Of a DNA stretch of 40,502 bases, positions 37,814 to 40,502 are shown in pieces; position 1 is the stretch's first letter, and each line of letters starts with the position of its first letter. A program made the translations under genes and the position numbers. The notes below the pieces were generated by a model. It saw only the letters and a program-made list of their open reading frames with translations. It was not told the origin of the DNA and did no database searches. The DNA comes from Acidimicrobiales bacterium (GTDB taxonomy: Bacteria > Actinomycetota > Acidimicrobiia > Acidimicrobiales > RAAP-2): assembly GCA_036787355.1 (NCBI GenBank), contig DAIQPM010000001.1:1-40502 (forward strand), given 5' to 3'.

Positions 37814-38755
37814 TTATTTAGGGCTGCGCTTCATTCCTGAACGCTCACCACGAGTTACGAATGACTGGGCAATCTTGGCTGAAGCTTCGTCAATCATCTC
37901 GTCACCCATCATGAGCGCGCCGGTTCCGTCTTGTTCGGTCGCGACCTTGTAGATGTCGAGGATGTCAAATGACTTGTCGAACATGTCCTGGCTTGGTGAA
38001 TAGACCTCGTTGAGCACAAGAGCTTGGTCAGGCGTAAGGGCCCACTTTCCGTCGTAGCCGTATGACGCACTAACGCCAGCAGCGAGGCGGAGTGCATCGA
38101 GGTCACGGACCTTAAGGAAGGGGCCATCAATGACGTGAAGGCCGTTCGCACGTCCCGCCATAAGAATCTTGGCGAAAACGTAACTAAAAGGGTTAGAAGG
38201 TTGTGCCGTATGAATTGTTTCGTCAATGGTGGTGACTGGCATTCCAATTGAAGCAGCGAAGTCAGCTGGTCCAAAAACAATGGATTCAATGCGTGGTGAT
38301 GCAGCACAAATCTCTTCGACGTTAATGAGGCCCTGAGCAGTTTCGATCTGGCATTCGAGTCCAATGTGGCCCACTGGTAGTCCTGAGTTCTTCTCAACTT
38401 GTGTGAGGAGCAGATCCATTGCGATAACTTCTGCAGCGGACTGAACCTTAGGCATCATGATTTCATCAAGTCGAGTTCCAGCGTTACCAACGACTTCAAT
38501 AACATCCCCGTAGGTCCACACGGTGTCCCATGCATTCACGCGAACACACAGAACGCGGTCGTCCCAGTCGAGTGTTCGAATGGCGTTAACAACCTTGGCG
38601 CGTGCTGCAACCTTTTCGTTAGGTGCTACTGCGTCTTCGAGGTCAAGGAACGAGAAGTCCGCTTTGGCTGTTGGCGCCTTTGCAAGAAATCGGTCCGATG
38701 AACCTGGTGTTGAGAGGCAACTACGACGTGGAAGGTGTTTTGAGCGCTGTGACAT
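37814..38755 (-). CDS. CitE/HpcH-family CoA-ester lyase, probable malyl-CoA/beta-methylmalyl-CoA lyase
   Basis: RRS.L..PGS, FLDLEDAVAP, VRVN, PKV, QIETA.G and FGPADF. Confidence 0.85.
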   Translation of the reverse strand: MSQRSKHLPRRSCLSTPGSSDRFLAKAPTAKADFSFLDLEDAVAPNEKVAARAKVVNAIRTLDWDDRVLCVRVNAWDTVWTYGDVIEVVGNAGTRLDEIMMPKVQSAAEVIAMDLLLTQVEKNSGLPVGHIGLECQIETAQGLINVEEICAASPRIESIVFGPADFAASIGMPVTTIDETIHTAQPSNPFSYVFAKILMAGRANGLHVIDGPFLKVRDLDALRLAAGVSASYGYDGKWALTPDQALVLNEVYSPSQDMFDKSFDILDIYKVATEQDGTGALMMGDEMIDEASAKIAQSFVTRGERSGMKRSPK

Positions 38756-38907
38756 AGGAACGAGCCTATTCTGTGAAGAAATAAGGTAGTCACTTGAGGA
38801 CTTTTCATAAGAATTTTGCGTTTTAGATCTCCTTTGACCAGGACTTTTAGAACATTCACAGCCATTCCCTGCCCCAAAGTTGGCCTGGGCAAACTAGCCT
38901 TGTTGGT

Positions 38908-39999
38908 ATGACTCGTCGAGCGCTCAGAGCGCCTATCGACGCTGCGGCCAACACCACGACTCGGTGGTTGCTTACAGCCCTGGCCATCTTGACAGTGTGC
39001 ACTAGCACCCTGGTCATCTCGCCACGCCACGCAGGGGCGCAGACCTTGAAGGAAGCTCGCGCCGAAGCGGCCGCTCTTCTAAAGCAAATGAACGATATCA
39101 ACCAAAAGGTTGGAGTGCTCGGACAGAAGTATGACCAAGCACAGTTGAAACTAAGCAAGGTAAACAGAGAGATTGCCAATACGCAGGCAACGGTAAACAG
39201 CATTGAGGGTCGAGTCACCAAGGGCAATCAGCAACTTCGTAATTCAGCAATTTTTGCTTACGTCAATGCTGGGGCGACCAGTAGTACTAATCCCCTCTTC
39301 TCTTCTAATGCCTCAAAACTAGGAGCGACAAACGTCTACAACCAACTGGCTGAAGGCAACGTTTCAAGCACAATTGCGGGACTGAAGAATTACAAGCTTC
39401 AACTGACCCAAGAGCGCGCAGTACTAGCTAGCAAGCAAGCAGAAGCGGCAGCGGCGAACGCAGTGGCTCTCAGCGCGTACGCAAAAGCACAGAGTCTTCA
39501 GCGAAACCTGCAGTCGACGCTTAATCACGTAAAGGGTCGTATTGCATCAATCGTTCGATCACTACAAGCCGCACAAGCTGCTCAGGACGGCAAGACTCTC
39601 ACTAGTGCTCGCCCCAACGGAATTCCAGCACCACCAACGAACACCGTCGGTGGTCGTGCCGTTCGTGCAGCGGAAACTTTCCTTGGCGTTTGGTATCGCT
39701 GGGGTGGAGCGAGTCGATACGGCGTTGATTGCTCGGGACTTACCATGTTGGCCTACGCAGCCGTGGGTGTTTCACTTCCGCACTTCTCTGGAGGACAGTG
39801 GAACAACACTGTTCGAGTTCCGCTCTACAACATTCAACCCGGCGATCTTTTGTTCTACGGATGGCACGGATACTCACACGTTGCAATGTATGTCGGTGGA
39901 GGACGAATGATCGAAGCAGAACACACTGGAACAAGGGTTCACATTGTTGGAGTTCGTCTTGGCTACGGCTTCGCAGGCATTGGAAGAGTACGCGGCTAA
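38908..39999 (+). CDS. Secreted NlpC/P60 peptidoglycan endopeptidase with coiled-coil N-terminal domain
   Basis: Signal peptide (A-G-A cleavage-like site), long coiled coil, Y.WGG...DCSGL, GDLLF and HVAMY. Confidence 0.92.
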   Translation: MTRRALRAPIDAAANTTTRWLLTALAILTVCTSTLVISPRHAGAQTLKEARAEAAALLKQMNDINQKVGVLGQKYDQAQLKLSKVNREIANTQATVNSIEGRVTKGNQQLRNSAIFAYVNAGATSSTNPLFSSNASKLGATNVYNQLAEGNVSSTIAGLKNYKLQLTQERAVLASKQAEAAAANAVALSAYAKAQSLQRNLQSTLNHVKGRIASIVRSLQAAQAAQDGKTLTSARPNGIPAPPTNTVGGRAVRAAETFLGVWYRWGGASRYGVDCSGLTMLAYAAVGVSLPHFSGGQWNNTVRVPLYNIQPGDLLFYGWHGYSHVAMYVGGGRMIEAEHTGTRVHIVGVRLGYGFAGIGRVRG

Positions 40000-40002
40000 G
40001 GC

Positions 40003-40502
40003 GTGTCGGCTTTTCCAACCTCATTTCACATTGGTCCATTGGTATTTCACATCTATGGACTGGGGCTCGCAATTGCAGCGTACGTAACGTATGTCTACGC
40101 CGAAAAGAGGCTCGTTCGAGCAAGCATTGATCCAACCCGTTTTGGTCTTTTCGCAGGAATAATTATTGTTGCTGGATTACTCGGTGCTCGTTTTGCCAAC
40201 ATCATCACCAACTGGTCTTACTACTCAGGAAATGTGGGTCGTTGGTTCGCAGTTTGGCAGGGTGGGCTGGCAAGCTTTGGTGGAATTGCCCTAGCAATAC
40301 CTGTTGGCCTCTATCTAAAGCATCGATACTGGAAAACGACCTCACTGGCATCGTTTGCTGATGCCCTCGTTCCCGCCCTGATTGCTGGATGGGCGCTCGG
40401 GCGAGTTCTTGGACCACAATTCATGGTTGATGGTGGTGGGCATCTAACGAACCAGTGGTTCGGAATTCACTACGCCGGTCAAGTCGGAAAACGCGTTCCA
40501 GT
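40003..40502 (+). CDS. lgt: Prolipoprotein diacylglyceryl transferase, 3' truncated; absent from the ORF track
   Basis: My translation from GTG 40003: MSAFPTSFHIGPLVFHIYGL...GLLGARF...FAVWQGGLASFGG...FADALVPA...GWALGR. Open to the window end. Confidence 0.8.
   Translation, partial: MSAFPTSFHIGPLVFHIYGLGLAIAAYVTYVYAEKRLVRASIDPTRFGLFAGIIIVAGLLGARFANIITNWSYYSGNVGRWFAVWQGGLASFGGIALAIPVGLYLKHRYWKTTSLASFADALVPALIAGWALGRVLGPQFMVDGGGHLTNQWFGIHYAGQVGKRVP

Noticed and set aside
38756..38907. c-di-AMP (ydaO) riboswitch upstream of NlpC/P60
   Set aside because: No recognisable conserved ydaO elements, and the gene appears leaderless.
1..40502. Mobile elements, prophage, CRISPR, defence islands, tRNA/rRNA
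   Set aside because: No integrase, transposase, phage gene, repeat-spacer array or RNA gene pattern seen. Almost all sequence is accounted for by housekeeping or metabolic CDSs.

Overview
A very compact, roughly 50% GC bacterial chromosomal segment of about 36 protein-coding genes. I found no rRNA, tRNA, CRISPR array, integrase or transposase. Gene content and protein style point to an Actinobacterium, most likely Acidimicrobiia (inference). The main themes are cofactor and sulfur metabolism (rhodanese-MoeB, PduO-type adenosyltransferase, MetH, ThiE, a LipB-LipA fusion, and a SUF system split over three loci with two SufC paralogues), an E1-less lpd/E2/lipB-lipA unit, acyl-CoA metabolism including a probable ethylmalonyl-CoA pathway back-end (mch/mcd/mcl-like) interrupted by a NiCoT transporter, two cytoplasmic peptidases, envelope genes (LCP, NlpC/P60, Lgt) and one VapBC module. 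The best candidate for an undescribed system is the lpd + catalytically degenerate E2 + fused LipB-LipA unit. All 10 convergent gene junctions overlap or abut, and many genes look leaderless. All calls come from reading motifs by eye; no database search was run.
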